Positions 32,054 to 41,501 of a stretch of DNA of 64,000 nt are shown here, piece after piece (the stretch's first letter is position 1; the number at the start of each line of letters is the position of its first letter). Where the stretch lies: NCBI GenBank assembly GCA_003139615.1, contig PLJH01000134.1, positions 3,705 through 67,704 of the forward strand, given 5' to 3'. This DNA comes from Alphaproteobacteria bacterium. GTDB taxonomy: Bacteria; Pseudomonadota; Alphaproteobacteria; Micropepsales; Micropepsaceae. The notes under the pieces were generated by a model. It searched no databases, was not told the origin of the DNA, and worked only from the letters and a program-made list of their open reading frames with translations. The translations under genes were made by a program, and so were the position numbers.

Positions 32054-32129
32054 TTTCTTCCCCGTTTACAGGGGAAGTGGCGCGCGGAACGCGCGTCGAT
32101 CGGGGCCCCGCTCCGTCTCGCGCGCTATC
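32054..32129. repeat. Truncated RIME-like element
   Basis: TTCTTCCCCGTTTACAGGGGAAGTGGCGCGCG...CGTCTCGCGCGCTATC matches half of the 8440-8564 and 45183-45310 copies. Confidence 0.8.
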
Positions 32130-32150
32130 ACGGCCAAGCCGCACGGTGCC

Positions 32151-32250
32151 AATGTGGCGATGGGTTGTGTGGTGCGCCCCGAAAGGCGACGCTTTTTCGC
32201 GAAATGTGCCTCAACCACAAACCGCAACACATAACCTGTCGCCGGAATCC
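32151..32250 (+). repeat. Island direct repeat, copy A (most diverged)
   Basis: AATGTGGCGATGGGTT...AGGCGACGCTTTTTCGCGAA...CCACAAACCGCAACACATAACCTGTCGCCGGAATC. Confidence 0.85.
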
Positions 32251-32295
32251 AAAAACTGTGAAAAACTCCTGGCTTGAAGGTGCTGCAATATGGCC

Positions 32296-32790
32296 ATGAA
32301 AGTGTATTTCGCCTCGGACCATGCCGGATTTGATGCCAAAAATAAGCTTGTCGAATATGTCCGCGATCGACTCAAATGCGAAGTCGAAGACTGCGGTGCC
32401 CTGGTAAACGATCCGCAGGACGACTACCCGGGAATCATTGCCGTTGCCGCCAAAAAACTTTCGGAAGACGTCGCTGCAGGGAAAGACAGTCGTGCCATCG
32501 TTGCCGGGGCTTCCGGACAAGGCGAAGCAATCGTAGCGAACAGGTTTAAAGGCGTTCGCTGCGCGCTCTACTATGGCGACCCCGGGAACGAGCAAGTGGA
32601 CGCTTCCGGAAAACATCTGGATATTCTCATGTCGACGCGCGAACACAACAACGCAAATGCGCTCTCCCTCGGTCTTCGGTTTCTGACTCTCGATCAAGCC
32701 AAAGACGCCGTCACGCGCTGGCTCGCAGCACCGTTTCCCGGAGAAGCGCGCCACGCACGCAGGATTACCCAGATAGATCAAGTTTCGTAA
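32296..32790 (+). CDS. rpiB: RpiB/LacA/LacB family sugar-phosphate isomerase
   Basis: SDHAGF, DDYP, GASGQGE, ANRFKGVR, REHNNAN, RHARRI. Confidence 0.92.
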   Translation: MKVYFASDHAGFDAKNKLVEYVRDRLKCEVEDCGALVNDPQDDYPGIIAVAAKKLSEDVAAGKDSRAIVAGASGQGEAIVANRFKGVRCALYYGDPGNEQVDASGKHLDILMSTREHNNANALSLGLRFLTLDQAKDAVTRWLAAPFPGEARHARRITQIDQVS

Positions 32791-32801
32791 TATGTTTCTG
32801 A

Positions 32802-32884
32802 AAATAGGGCGACGGCAGCAACGTTCCCCAGCCACTACTTTGCGTCATAAAGCGGCAGGAAACATTGCTGCCATCACCCTATTT
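32802..32884. repeat. REPIN-like inverted-repeat doublet
   Basis: 27-bp arms 32802-32828 and 32857-32883; 23 of 27 positions pair. Confidence 0.85.
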
Positions 32885-32975
32885 CTTGCGAACGGCTATA
32901 TCTGCGGCATGGCGCGACCATCCCGACACTGATAATTGACGGCGCGGCATCCATCTTACGTGCACCGGAGCAGAC

Positions 32976-33533
32976 GTGATCGTCATCGAGTTTGTCGTCT
33001 TCGTCGTTTCGTCGGGGCTGTTTTACAGTGGGCGCTTTCGCCACCACCTTTGGGCGGTGCTGATCGCGGGCGGCATCGCGACGGGTTCGTCACTCCTGTT
33101 CTTCTACGATCTCTATGAAAAACTGGAGTTGCGTACCGAGGCGTCGGTCAAAGTGGTCAAGGAGGTGGTGCGCGTGCCTGTCGTGCAGCACATCTCCCGG
33201 CCGCCTGCGCTCTCAAGGCCGGAGAATTGCCGGGCAGATTACCCCCTGATCGCACGCATCTTCGGTCAGGAGGGCACGACCGAACTTGCTTTCCAGGTGA
33301 TGGCCGACGGCACTCTGAGCAGCATCAAGGTCACCAAATCCAGCGGCTCGGACCGGCTCGACGACGCGGCGATCGACTGCGTGTCCAAGTGGCACTACCG
33401 GCCGGCGATCAGCAACGATCAGCTGGCCGACATGCCGATGACGGTGAAGGTGGATTGGAATCTCAAAGACGATGATTCCGACAAGAGCGCCCCTGCAGAC
33501 AAGAAAGACACGACCGCTGGAGGGGAGAAGTAA
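32976..33533 (+). CDS. Membrane-anchored TonB C-terminal domain protein
   Basis: Two N-terminal TM segments; YPLIARIFGQEGTT...SSGSDRLDDAA...WHYRPA; GGAG before GTG. Confidence 0.85.
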   Translation: MIVIEFVVFVVSSGLFYSGRFRHHLWAVLIAGGIATGSSLLFFYDLYEKLELRTEASVKVVKEVVRVPVVQHISRPPALSRPENCRADYPLIARIFGQEGTTELAFQVMADGTLSSIKVTKSSGSDRLDDAAIDCVSKWHYRPAISNDQLADMPMTVKVDWNLKDDDSDKSAPADKKDTTAGGEK

Positions 33534-33550
33534 GTAAAATACCGGAGCAA

Positions 33551-33620
33551 AATACCGGGACAGCTACTGCATTTCGCGGCCATATAAGTGATGCAGGGAA
33601 ATGCAGTAGCTGTCCCGTAT
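33551..33620. repeat. REPIN-like inverted-repeat doublet
   Basis: Perfect 19-bp arms GGGACAGCTACTGCATTTC (33557-33575) and its reverse complement (33598-33616). Confidence 0.9.
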
Positions 33621-33671
33621 CCGGAATTCCCCCGCATCGTGTCGCCACAATTCGATCTTACGTTCGGTCGG

Positions 33672-34601
33672 CTATCCTTCTTCGAAGAAGTCCTCATCGA
33701 CACGCTGCAACTCAAATGTTTCTTCGACTTGGCAACCGACATTGAAGCGAACCATTAAGTCAGCAAGCCCCAGCCCATCGATCAGTACAATGCGCTTGCT
33801 GAGCTGCGCCGCGGTTTCTCGGGCATCTTTCGAAAAGTCAGACGTTGTAACAAACACGCCCTTCGTCGCCCTGACACGGTCTAGACCGCCGAAGAAATCC
33901 CGTATCGCGCCTGGGCCAATATTGTTGCCAGTCGCATACCGTTTGGCTTGAACATACACGCGGTCCAGTCCAAGGATGTCTTGATCGATCAGCCCGTCCA
34001 CGCCACCGTCGCCGGAGCGGCCGATCGCTTTGCCCGCATCTTCGACGCTGCCGCCATAGCCGATTTTCGTCAGTAGTCGTACAATTAGCCGCTCGAAAAA
34101 GTCCGGCTTCGCGTTTTGTATGCGATCGATCAACTCTGCCTTAAGTACGTCGGTGCTGCGGCGATGCGCACGGCGCAATAAATCTTCGGGCGTATCGGTA
34201 TCCTGATCCCGAACAGGCATCTGAGGGGTCGCGGATTCGGCGTTACGCGATTGGGACGCTCGAGTCCGCTCCTTGAATTCTTGATATTCTTTGAATTGTT
34301 CGAGATAGCGTCCGTCAATTTTTTCTAAACCGGCTTGCAGGGTGGACCGACCACGGTCAGTGAGTTGGAATACGCCCCTGCGTACATATTCAACAAGACC
34401 CGCCTGCTTCAGGTACGATTTTGCCCAATGAACTCGATTTGCAATTAACGTCTGCCGCCCGGATGGCAACATCACATTCCGTTCGTCGTCAGTCAGCCGA
34501 AGCTCCTCGGCAACGCGTTCGACGACGTCACTGATTGCTGCTGGACCACTCGCCACTGACCGCAGCACGGGAAGCATTAGCGCCTGATAGTCTGGTATCA
34601 T
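33672..34601 (-). CDS. mrr: Mrr family type IV restriction endonuclease
   Basis: MIPDYQALMLP Mrr_N start, NRVHWAKSYL, DGGVDG...VYVQAKRY catalytic D-QxK. Confidence 0.95.
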   Translation of the reverse strand: MIPDYQALMLPVLRSVASGPAAISDVVERVAEELRLTDDERNVMLPSGRQTLIANRVHWAKSYLKQAGLVEYVRRGVFQLTDRGRSTLQAGLEKIDGRYLEQFKEYQEFKERTRASQSRNAESATPQMPVRDQDTDTPEDLLRRAHRRSTDVLKAELIDRIQNAKPDFFERLIVRLLTKIGYGGSVEDAGKAIGRSGDGGVDGLIDQDILGLDRVYVQAKRYATGNNIGPGAIRDFFGGLDRVRATKGVFVTTSDFSKDARETAAQLSKRIVLIDGLGLADLMVRFNVGCQVEETFELQRVDEDFFEEG

Positions 34602-34832
34602 TTCCATCACACAATTCTGAAATGCCCTGCGTTGTATCAATTACTATAGGGGATGTCTCACGAACTAGGATCAGTCGACAGTTTGCCTATTCACCAGACG
34701 CGACGCCGCGCGAATTGATCGAGAATCCCCATCGTGTTGCCATAACCGTTTAAATTCCCCTCGTCACTTCCGCCGAGCTTGTTCCGCGGCGCCGATCGCC
34801 TGACGCATTCACAGCCCGCGACCTTCGCCTGG

Positions 34833-36011
34833 TTACGGCTTCACCCTGAAAACCGTTCCGCAGCTTCCGCCGGCGAAGCAGTCGACCTGACCTCCGCCGC
34901 CCACCGTGGTGCCGTAAAGTGTGCCGTTGACGTCGAGCAAAGCCGCCTGCGGGCCGATGCCGTCGTTGCCGCCCTTGAATGCGTAGACGACAGATTCGGC
35001 GCCTGCGGTGGTGATCGAATAGACGGTGCCGCAGCCTTCGCCGTTGCATCCGCTCCCGCCGCCGGAGTCGGTGGTGCCGTACAGCGTCCCGCCCACATCG
35101 ATCAGACCGGAATAGGGATTGGCGCCGTCGCTGCCGCCGTCGAAGACGTGAAGCGTGTTTTCCGCGCCTGCGGTCGTCACCGAATAGAAGGCGCCGCTGT
35201 CCGTCGTGCCGTAGAACACCCCGTCGACATCGATCAAGCCGCCATAGGGAAAGGAGGCGTTGCCCGAGAAGGCATAGACGATGTTCTCCTGGTCATTCGC
35301 CGTCACGGCATACACGGTGCCGCAGCCATTGCCGCCGCAGGCCGTTCCGCCGCCGTATACGGTCGTCCCGTAGAATGTTCCGCCGACATCGATCACGCCC
35401 GCATTTTCGGGTTGGCTGCCGTCGCTGCCGCCGGCAAACGCATGGATGACTTTTTCTTTGCCTTTCGGCGTGACCCAGAAAACCGTGCCGCAGCCTGCGC
35501 CGCCGCAGCCCGTTCCTCCGCCGTCCGTCGTGGTTCCGTAGAGCCGGCCTCCGACGCGCAGGAGTGTCGCGCCGGGCTGATATCCGTCGTCGCCGCCTTG
35601 GAAGGCATAGACGATCTTTTCGGTGCCATCCGGCGTCACCGAAAATACCGTCCCGCAGCCTGCGCCCCCACAGCCGGTTCCGCCCCCATAAGCCGTCGTG
35701 CCGTAGAGCAATCCGCCGACGTCGATCAGTCCGGCGCGCGGCGCCTCGCCGTCGCTTCCCCCATTGAAGGCATAGACCACATGTTCCACGCCTTTGGGTG
35801 TGACCGCGAATACGGTGCCCGAGTGGGTGGGGCCGCCTGCTTCCGTGGCGCCGTAGAGGAGTCCACCCATAGCGATCAGCTGACTCAGCGGAAGGGCTCC
35901 GTCACTGCCGTTCTTGAAATCGTAAATCGCACGTTCCGTGGCGGCGTTCGCAGGCGCAGCCATCTGGAAAACGACCGCAGCGGCACAGGCAGCCAGAATC
36001 GACTTCAACAT
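34833..36011 (-). CDS. Secreted tandem-repeat protein of the GloVer (Gloeo_Verruco) type
   Basis: Signal peptide then about 6 repeats of F.GGSDG..P...L....G.LYGTT..GG......GTVF.VT. Confidence 0.85.
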   Translation of the reverse strand: MLKSILAACAAAVVFQMAAPANAATERAIYDFKNGSDGALPLSQLIAMGGLLYGATEAGGPTHSGTVFAVTPKGVEHVVYAFNGGSDGEAPRAGLIDVGGLLYGTTAYGGGTGCGGAGCGTVFSVTPDGTEKIVYAFQGGDDGYQPGATLLRVGGRLYGTTTDGGGTGCGGAGCGTVFWVTPKGKEKVIHAFAGGSDGSQPENAGVIDVGGTFYGTTVYGGGTACGGNGCGTVYAVTANDQENIVYAFSGNASFPYGGLIDVDGVFYGTTDSGAFYSVTTAGAENTLHVFDGGSDGANPYSGLIDVGGTLYGTTDSGGGSGCNGEGCGTVYSITTAGAESVVYAFKGGNDGIGPQAALLDVNGTLYGTTVGGGGQVDCFAGGSCGTVFRVKP

Positions 36012-36339
36012 CGCGGTTGTCCTTCGTCCAAGTGTTCGCAGCGGGTCAAAGGACCCGGTCGGCGATTGCCTGCATTGTACCATGGAATGCCGAGCCGGCC
36101 TTCGTCCACGTACGAACAGCGGGACGCGCGATGATGGGAAACGCAATTGCTGTCGAGCATCAGCTCAGTCTACCAGAAAGGAAAGGTTCCTACCGGTTTT
36201 GAGTGCGAATGCTACGGAGAAATTCGAGATTGCGGAGGACGCGCATGGGGTGAACATTGGTCCAGTCACCATGAACAGCCAAGCAGCACCTCGGTCGCGA
36301 ACGGGATTTGAGCAGGAGAGAAGTACGATCGCGGGGGCT

Positions 36340-37482
36340 TCACCGGGGCCGTTCGGCTGTGTACGTGGCAGGCACCAATGGCGTTTTTTTCGCTTCGAGT
36401 TCGGCTTTCAGCGCTTCGATCTCGGCTTGCTGCGCCTTCAACGCCGCAACAAGCACGGCCGTCAGCTGCGCGTACCGGACACCTTCGAGCCTGCCATTGC
36501 TGTCATAGGCTGCCAGACGTGGGTCGATTTTCTGCACTTCTTCGGCAATCAGGCCTGGCTGCACCTTCCGGTCATAGGATGGATGTGTCTTCTGATTCCA
36601 GGTGTACCAGATCGGCTGGAGCTGCATCACTTCGGACAGCGCATCCTGGCCAATGCGCGATTTGACATTCTTGAATTCCGCCAGCGAAGAAATACAGCCC
36701 GCGGCATCCGCGCCAACCTGACCGGAAGATGCGTTCCAGCAAAGCGATTCGCCGGTTTGCGAACCCGGTGCGGAAAAGTAAATGGCGGACTTGGCCGTCA
36801 ACGACGCGATAAAAGTCGTCGGCCCGCCGAAGAGATTTTTTGCCGTGCTCGTATCGTGGACGGCATAACACGAACTGAACGTAATTGCACAATTGGTGTT
36901 GGCCTCCGAAATGTCGATTCCAAACCAGGTTTCATATCCGGAGTTATTGCCGGTCGGCATGTCGATATGCATGCCGATAAGGCCGAGCCTCTCATTTGGT
37001 CCGCTGACGGCAGGGCTGCCGCTAAGCGAGAGTTGACGTAAATCGTAAGTACAGGTCGTTGCGCAGTTCAAATTGCCGTAGGCATTGCCGAACGAGAGCG
37101 CGTTGATCTCATAGAAGTGTGGAGGAAGTGCCGCCGCTGCAACACCGGAGCCGTTCGAGAGGTCGTCTACTTCGTAATCCATCGCCGCGTAGCCACGGCC
37201 ACAGCACGAACCGGTCCAGCCGGAGCCCAGCGATAGGCCGACATCCAACCCTACATAGGAATTTAGTGCGCCGGAACCGGAGAGAACGACATGATTGTAT
37301 TGACCGAATGCAAATGCACTTGGCGCCGTCGGCGCCAAAGTAACGACTTCGTTGATTCCGTAAGCGTTATTGCTCCTTGGTGACGCCGCTCCTTGCACCG
37401 TGAACACGTCATTGGGAACATTCTGTGCGAGACACACAGGCGCGTACACGACCAGCGCCAGGGTGGCGAAAAGGACTCTCAT
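36340..37482 (-). CDS. Secreted protein with C-terminal intramolecular chaperone (Peptidase S74) domain
   Basis: Signal peptide; SSLAEFKNVK...LQPIWYTW...GLIAEEV...VRYAQLTAVLVAALK plus coiled coil. Confidence 0.85.
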   Translation of the reverse strand: MRVLFATLALVVYAPVCLAQNVPNDVFTVQGAASPRSNNAYGINEVVTLAPTAPSAFAFGQYNHVVLSGSGALNSYVGLDVGLSLGSGWTGSCCGRGYAAMDYEVDDLSNGSGVAAAALPPHFYEINALSFGNAYGNLNCATTCTYDLRQLSLSGSPAVSGPNERLGLIGMHIDMPTGNNSGYETWFGIDISEANTNCAITFSSCYAVHDTSTAKNLFGGPTTFIASLTAKSAIYFSAPGSQTGESLCWNASSGQVGADAAGCISSLAEFKNVKSRIGQDALSEVMQLQPIWYTWNQKTHPSYDRKVQPGLIAEEVQKIDPRLAAYDSNGRLEGVRYAQLTAVLVAALKAQQAEIEALKAELEAKKTPLVPATYTAERPR

Positions 37483-37591
37483 AGCGGCTCCAGCTTGTTC
37501 AGCCCTTACGGAATTTGCCGCATCAGCTGTTAAGACATAGTAACGGAGATGTACGCAATTTGAGAAACGAATTCAGAAAGAACAGAATGCG

Positions 37592-37608
37592 AATGTGGCG
37601 ACGGGTTA
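37592..37608 (+). repeat. Island direct repeat, copy B, 5' part (intron 5' exon)
   Basis: AATGTGGCGACGGGTTA directly before the intron GTGCG. Confidence 0.85.
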
Positions 37609-39547
37609 GTGCGCCGGGAGACCGGCAGAAAGTAGGCGGTGAGAGTCCGCTGCAGTGAAGGAGGAGCGATCCACACTGGCCCCGAGTCATGCGCGTTGCA
37701 TCGCGAGGTGCAGGGCGAAGCGTTGACAGGGGAAGATGCAGGCCAGCCATTGAGCGGCGAAAGCGCCTATCCCGGATGCCGATGTTGTTAACCTGATAGA
37801 AGGCGACACGGGCACGACCGATATCGCGAGGACGTGCACGATCCGGCGTCGTCTGAGACCCTGGCATGCATCGACGCTTTCTGCACGGGAACCGGGAGGT
37901 CTCCAAGCTTACCTCGCGCGGTCGTGCGCGAGGCATCAACGGGAAGGTGATGAACCGAAAGCCGATGAAACGAAGCGTGGAGAAGTCGGACACGCCGATA
38001 GTACCTGTGAAGCGTGCGAACAATGCGGACTTGTCCTCCGGAGCCTTGGCGAAGGAGGAGCAATCCGCAACGGAGTGCGTGGAGGGAAGCGGCGTGAAGG
38101 AGAGAAATGCGGACTTGCAAAGCACGCTCCGGACGCAGAGCCGGGTCGGCGTGTCACAGGCGCAGGAACGCATACGAGAAGCGATCACCAGAAACGAACA
38201 GGAGCAACTGACAGCGCTCCTCCATCACGTGACTGTCGACGGGTTGCGCGCGGCATTCTTCGGTTTGAAGCGCGATGCGGCGCCCGGCGTGGATCGCGTG
38301 ACATGGAAGGAGTACGCGGACGGGTTGGAAGAGCGGCTTGCCGATCTTCACGGCCGCGTACATCGCGGAGCGTACCGGGCGCTGCCGTCGCGACGGAAGT
38401 TCATTCCGAAGCCGGACGGCAGATTGCGACCGCTCGGCATCGCAGCTCTGGAAGACAAGATCGTCCAGTCGGCGATGGTGGCGATCCTGACGCCTGTCTA
38501 CGAGGCGGAGTTCCTGGGGTTCAGCTATGGGTTCCGGCCCGGGCGCAGCCAGCACAATGCGCTGGATGCGCTCGCATTCGGAATCGCAAGACGAAAGGTG
38601 CGATGGGTCCTCGACGCCGACATCCAGTCGTTCTTCGACCGGATCAGCCATGAATGGTTGGTCAAGTTCGTCGAACACCGGATCGGCGACAAGCGCGTCA
38701 TCCGCTTGATCCGGAAATGGCTCAAGGCAGGCGTGCTTGAGGACGGCATCGAGATCGAGACGACGCAAGGAACGCCGCAGGGCGCTGTCATCAGCCCGCT
38801 GCTGGCGAACATCTACCTGCACTATGTCTACGATCTCTGGGCTCAACAGTGGCGCAAGCGGCAGAGTAACGGCGACATGATCGTCGTGCGGTGCCGACGA
38901 CACCATCGTCGGGTTCGAGCACCGTAGTGACGCAGAGAAGTTCTTGAAAGACTTGCACATCAGACTGGCGCAGTTCGGCCTGAACTTGCACCCCGAAAAG
39001 ACACGGCTGATCGAGTTCGGCAGAGATGCCATCGACGACCGTGCCCAACGGGGCGAGGGTAAGCCCGATACGTTCGACTTCCTCGGCTTCACGCATTACT
39101 GCACGAGAAAGAAGGACGGAACGGGCTTCAAACTCGGCCGCAAGACACAGGCCAAACGCAAACGCGCCAAGCTGAAAGCGATCAAGGACGCTCTGCGAAG
39201 GAACATGCACAAGCCGATCGACGAGCAGGGGCGTTGGCTGGCGGCCGTACTGCGAGGCTACTTCGCGTACTTCGCAGTGCCGACCAACAGCCCGTCACTA
39301 TCGGCATTCCGCCAACAGGTGAAAGAACGCTGGCTTCGCGTCCTGCGACGCCGCAGTCAGCGTTCGATCCTCACGTTCGAACGGATGCAGAAAATCGTCG
39401 ACCGGTATCTGCCTGTCCCGCACGTCTTACATCCGTGGCCCGAACAACGCTTCCTCGTCACTCACTCGACTTAAGAGCCGGATGCGGGAATCCCGCCAGT
39501 CCGGATCTGTGCGGGGGGCGCTCAGCAATGAGCGTCCCTACCGCGAC
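37609..39547 (+). mobile_element. Group II intron (RT/maturase, no endonuclease domain)
   Basis: 5' GTGCG; domain V GAGCCGGATGCGGGAATCCCGCCAGTCCGGATCTG from 39475; domain VI ending CCCTACCGCGAC; excision restores the repeat sequence. Confidence 0.95.
37950..39474 (+). pseudogene. ltrA: Group II intron reverse transcriptase/maturase, frameshifted at YADD
   Basis: RPLGI, SYGFRPGR, DADI, GTPQG; CGG-T-GCC-GAC-GAC at 38889-38901 lacks 2 nt of the Tyr codon; frame continues ADDTIVGFE; start approximate. Confidence 0.9.
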
Positions 39548-39632
39548 AGCGTCGCATGTCGGTAGGCGACGCTTCTTCGCGAGCCGCGCCTCCGCCACAA
39601 ACTGCAACACATCACCCGTCGTCGGAATCTCC
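39548..39632 (+). repeat. Island direct repeat, copy B, 3' part
   Basis: AGCGTCGCATGTCGGTAGGCGACGCTTCTTCGCGA...CCGCCACAAACTGCAACACATCACCCGTCGTCGGAATCTCC. Confidence 0.9.
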
Positions 39633-39682
39633 CGCTCCCAGCGTTGTCGCCGGTCCCCGGACCGGCCGCAAGCCGACCGCAC

Positions 39683-40438
39683 TTACTGCGCGATCGCCTG
39701 TCCGGACATGACAGTGCCGGTATCGGTTTCAAGCACCAGCAGCTTCTTGCCGGCGCTCACCGCGACCGAGACGAAGTTGTAGGTCTTGCTCTTGTAGGTG
39801 ATCTGCGCACTGCCGGTGCAATTGGAGTTGGCAGTGTAGGTTCCCGTGAGCTTGTGCGACGAAATCGCGCCGTTTTCGCTGAAGGTGTCGGTGGCGGTGG
39901 CATTGCCTTTGCCATCCAGTGTCAGCCGGCCCACAACCGACACGGCGGTATCGGGCGTTGCGATCTCATGCCCGTCGACGTGCTTTGCAAAACTCTTCGT
40001 TTTTCCGGTGAGACCGCAAACGGTGACGCCCTGCGCGTATCCCTCGCCCGACTCCGTGTAGCCCGTGTCCGTGCGGATCAGCTCGAACTCCGCATTCGCA
40101 TTGTCCAGCACGATATTGTAGTGGCTGACGGCGCTTGTCTGGTCCACGAACGTAGCTGCGCCCGTGCAATCGCCGGCGATCGAATATGTACCGGTCACGG
40201 TGAGGGTTTGGATCGTTCCATTGGCGCTTTGCGTGCCGGTTCCCGTCAGTCCGCCCGAGCCGTCCGAATCGATCTGAAAGACTCCTGCGCCAAAAATCCC
40301 CGTAGAGGTGGAGCCGCTCGCAAGAACGCCGTAAATACCGCTGAAGCTCGCGTTGGTGCAAGCCGCCGCTGCGGGCTCGGCGACGGCGAACGCCGATAGC
40401 GCCATGACAGCCCAGCCGAACATTTTCCGGATATGCAT
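39683..40438 (-). CDS. Secreted hypothetical protein with two repeated beta-rich domains
   Basis: Signal peptide, SD GGAGAAGG; duplicated motif GTYSIAGDCTG / GTYTANSNCTG. Confidence 0.8.
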   Translation of the reverse strand: MHIRKMFGWAVMALSAFAVAEPAAAACTNASFSGIYGVLASGSTSTGIFGAGVFQIDSDGSGGLTGTGTQSANGTIQTLTVTGTYSIAGDCTGAATFVDQTSAVSHYNIVLDNANAEFELIRTDTGYTESGEGYAQGVTVCGLTGKTKSFAKHVDGHEIATPDTAVSVVGRLTLDGKGNATATDTFSENGAISSHKLTGTYTANSNCTGSAQITYKSKTYNFVSVAVSAGKKLLVLETDTGTVMSGQAIAQ

Positions 40439-40576
40439 ACGCCTTCTCCCCCACAAATGCTGCCAATAGATATCATCCGACACTCGCCGGACGACCCCTG
40501 ATTGAGGCAGAAAATACTGCATTTCTGAAGTACGCGGAAGCCCCAGCGGCCGTTCTCGTCGCGGCCACCGCACCCG

Positions 40577-40809
40577 AACGTGGCGACGGGTTAAGCGTTG
40601 CGCGTCGGAAGGCGACGCTTCTTCTTCGCAAACTGCGCCTCCGCCACAAACGGCAACACATCAGCTGTCGTCGGAATCTCCAGTCTCCGGAATCTCCGGT
40701 CACAGACGCAACCTGTTATTGGGACATGACGACGAGCGGCATCACCATTCCGACGCCAGCCACGGGAAACACGCGCAACGAACCCGGCATCACGGGCCCG
40801 AGCACGACG
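40577..40809 (+). repeat. Island direct repeat, copy C (long form)
   Basis: Aligns with 44574-44796 over ~230 bp including GGAATCTCCAGTCTCCGGAATCTCCGGTCACAGAC and GGGAAACACGCGCAACGAACCCGGCATCACGGG. Confidence 0.92.
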
Positions 40810-40829
40810 CGGGCGGAACACGGGGACGG

Positions 40830-40922
40830 AACACGGGGACGTGAAATCGATTTCCGAAGTTTCCCGCGGCTACGGCCGCGAATCACCGCTCCTCTTGTAA
40901 TGGATTAAACGTCCCCGCATTC
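40830..40922. mobile_element. Non-autonomous mini-element (REPIN/MITE) related to the ends of the 42042-42958 element
   Basis: Left ACACGGGGACGTGAAATCGATTTCC; right CTCTTGTAATGGATTAAACGTCCCCGCATTC mirrors CTCTTGTAACGAAATGGATTAGACGTCCCCGTATTTC at the transposase 3' end. Confidence 0.8.
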
Positions 40923-41434
40923 TTGAAGGCGTAGGCGCAGGTTTAACGTTCAATAATTCGACCGACCCTGTCACTGGTATGCCTTATTTGGGTGCAAACG
41001 GTCAAGCTATTGATGTAGTCGATGCTTATGCGGCGGGACCGTCGGCTGGAGATGGCAGCGACGTCGGAGATGTCTCGAACTTGCAATTCTTCCCTACTCG
41101 GGCCGCTCTGAACAGCTTTCTAGATGCTCAACCTCCTAATACCTGGACTGAAATATACGGCGACAGCAATGCGAACGGGCCGGGAGGGATTGGTGAGTCA
41201 TACATTTTCGCAGGTGCTGTGGACCCCGGATGGGACCCAGGCTTTACCCCGATATTTTATGCGGGCCAGAATCCCTCATTCAAATTCTCAGCGGACCAAT
41301 TGGCCAATGTTGTATATGGACACGAACTTAGCCACCTTAATTTGAATGGTGTTCCGGGCAATCTTGGGAACAAAGCAGGTGAAAAAGCGGCCTGGATTGC
41401 CGGCTTTAAATGGGCAGGTCTAACGGGCTATTAA
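40922..41434 (+). pseudogene. 5'-truncated orphan polymorphic-toxin tip with HExxH motif
   Basis: Frame is open from the mini-element end; no SD at ATG 40979; YGHELSH; AT-richer than core genes. Confidence 0.6.
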
Positions 41435-41501
41435 TTCATGCTTGCCAACAGTCGCGCTAAGTCAGAATATCTCTGGGTGGCAGACGATTGCGGGAGGAAT
41501 A

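Noticed and set aside
36240-36275. CATGGGGTGAACATTGGTCCAGTCACCATG as another end-motif copy
   Set aside because: Weakly palindromic and well placed between two cargo genes, but too divergent to assert without a profile search
36340-37482. Prophage
   Set aside because: Only an S74 domain; the protein has a signal peptide and no capsid, terminase or integrase genes are nearby
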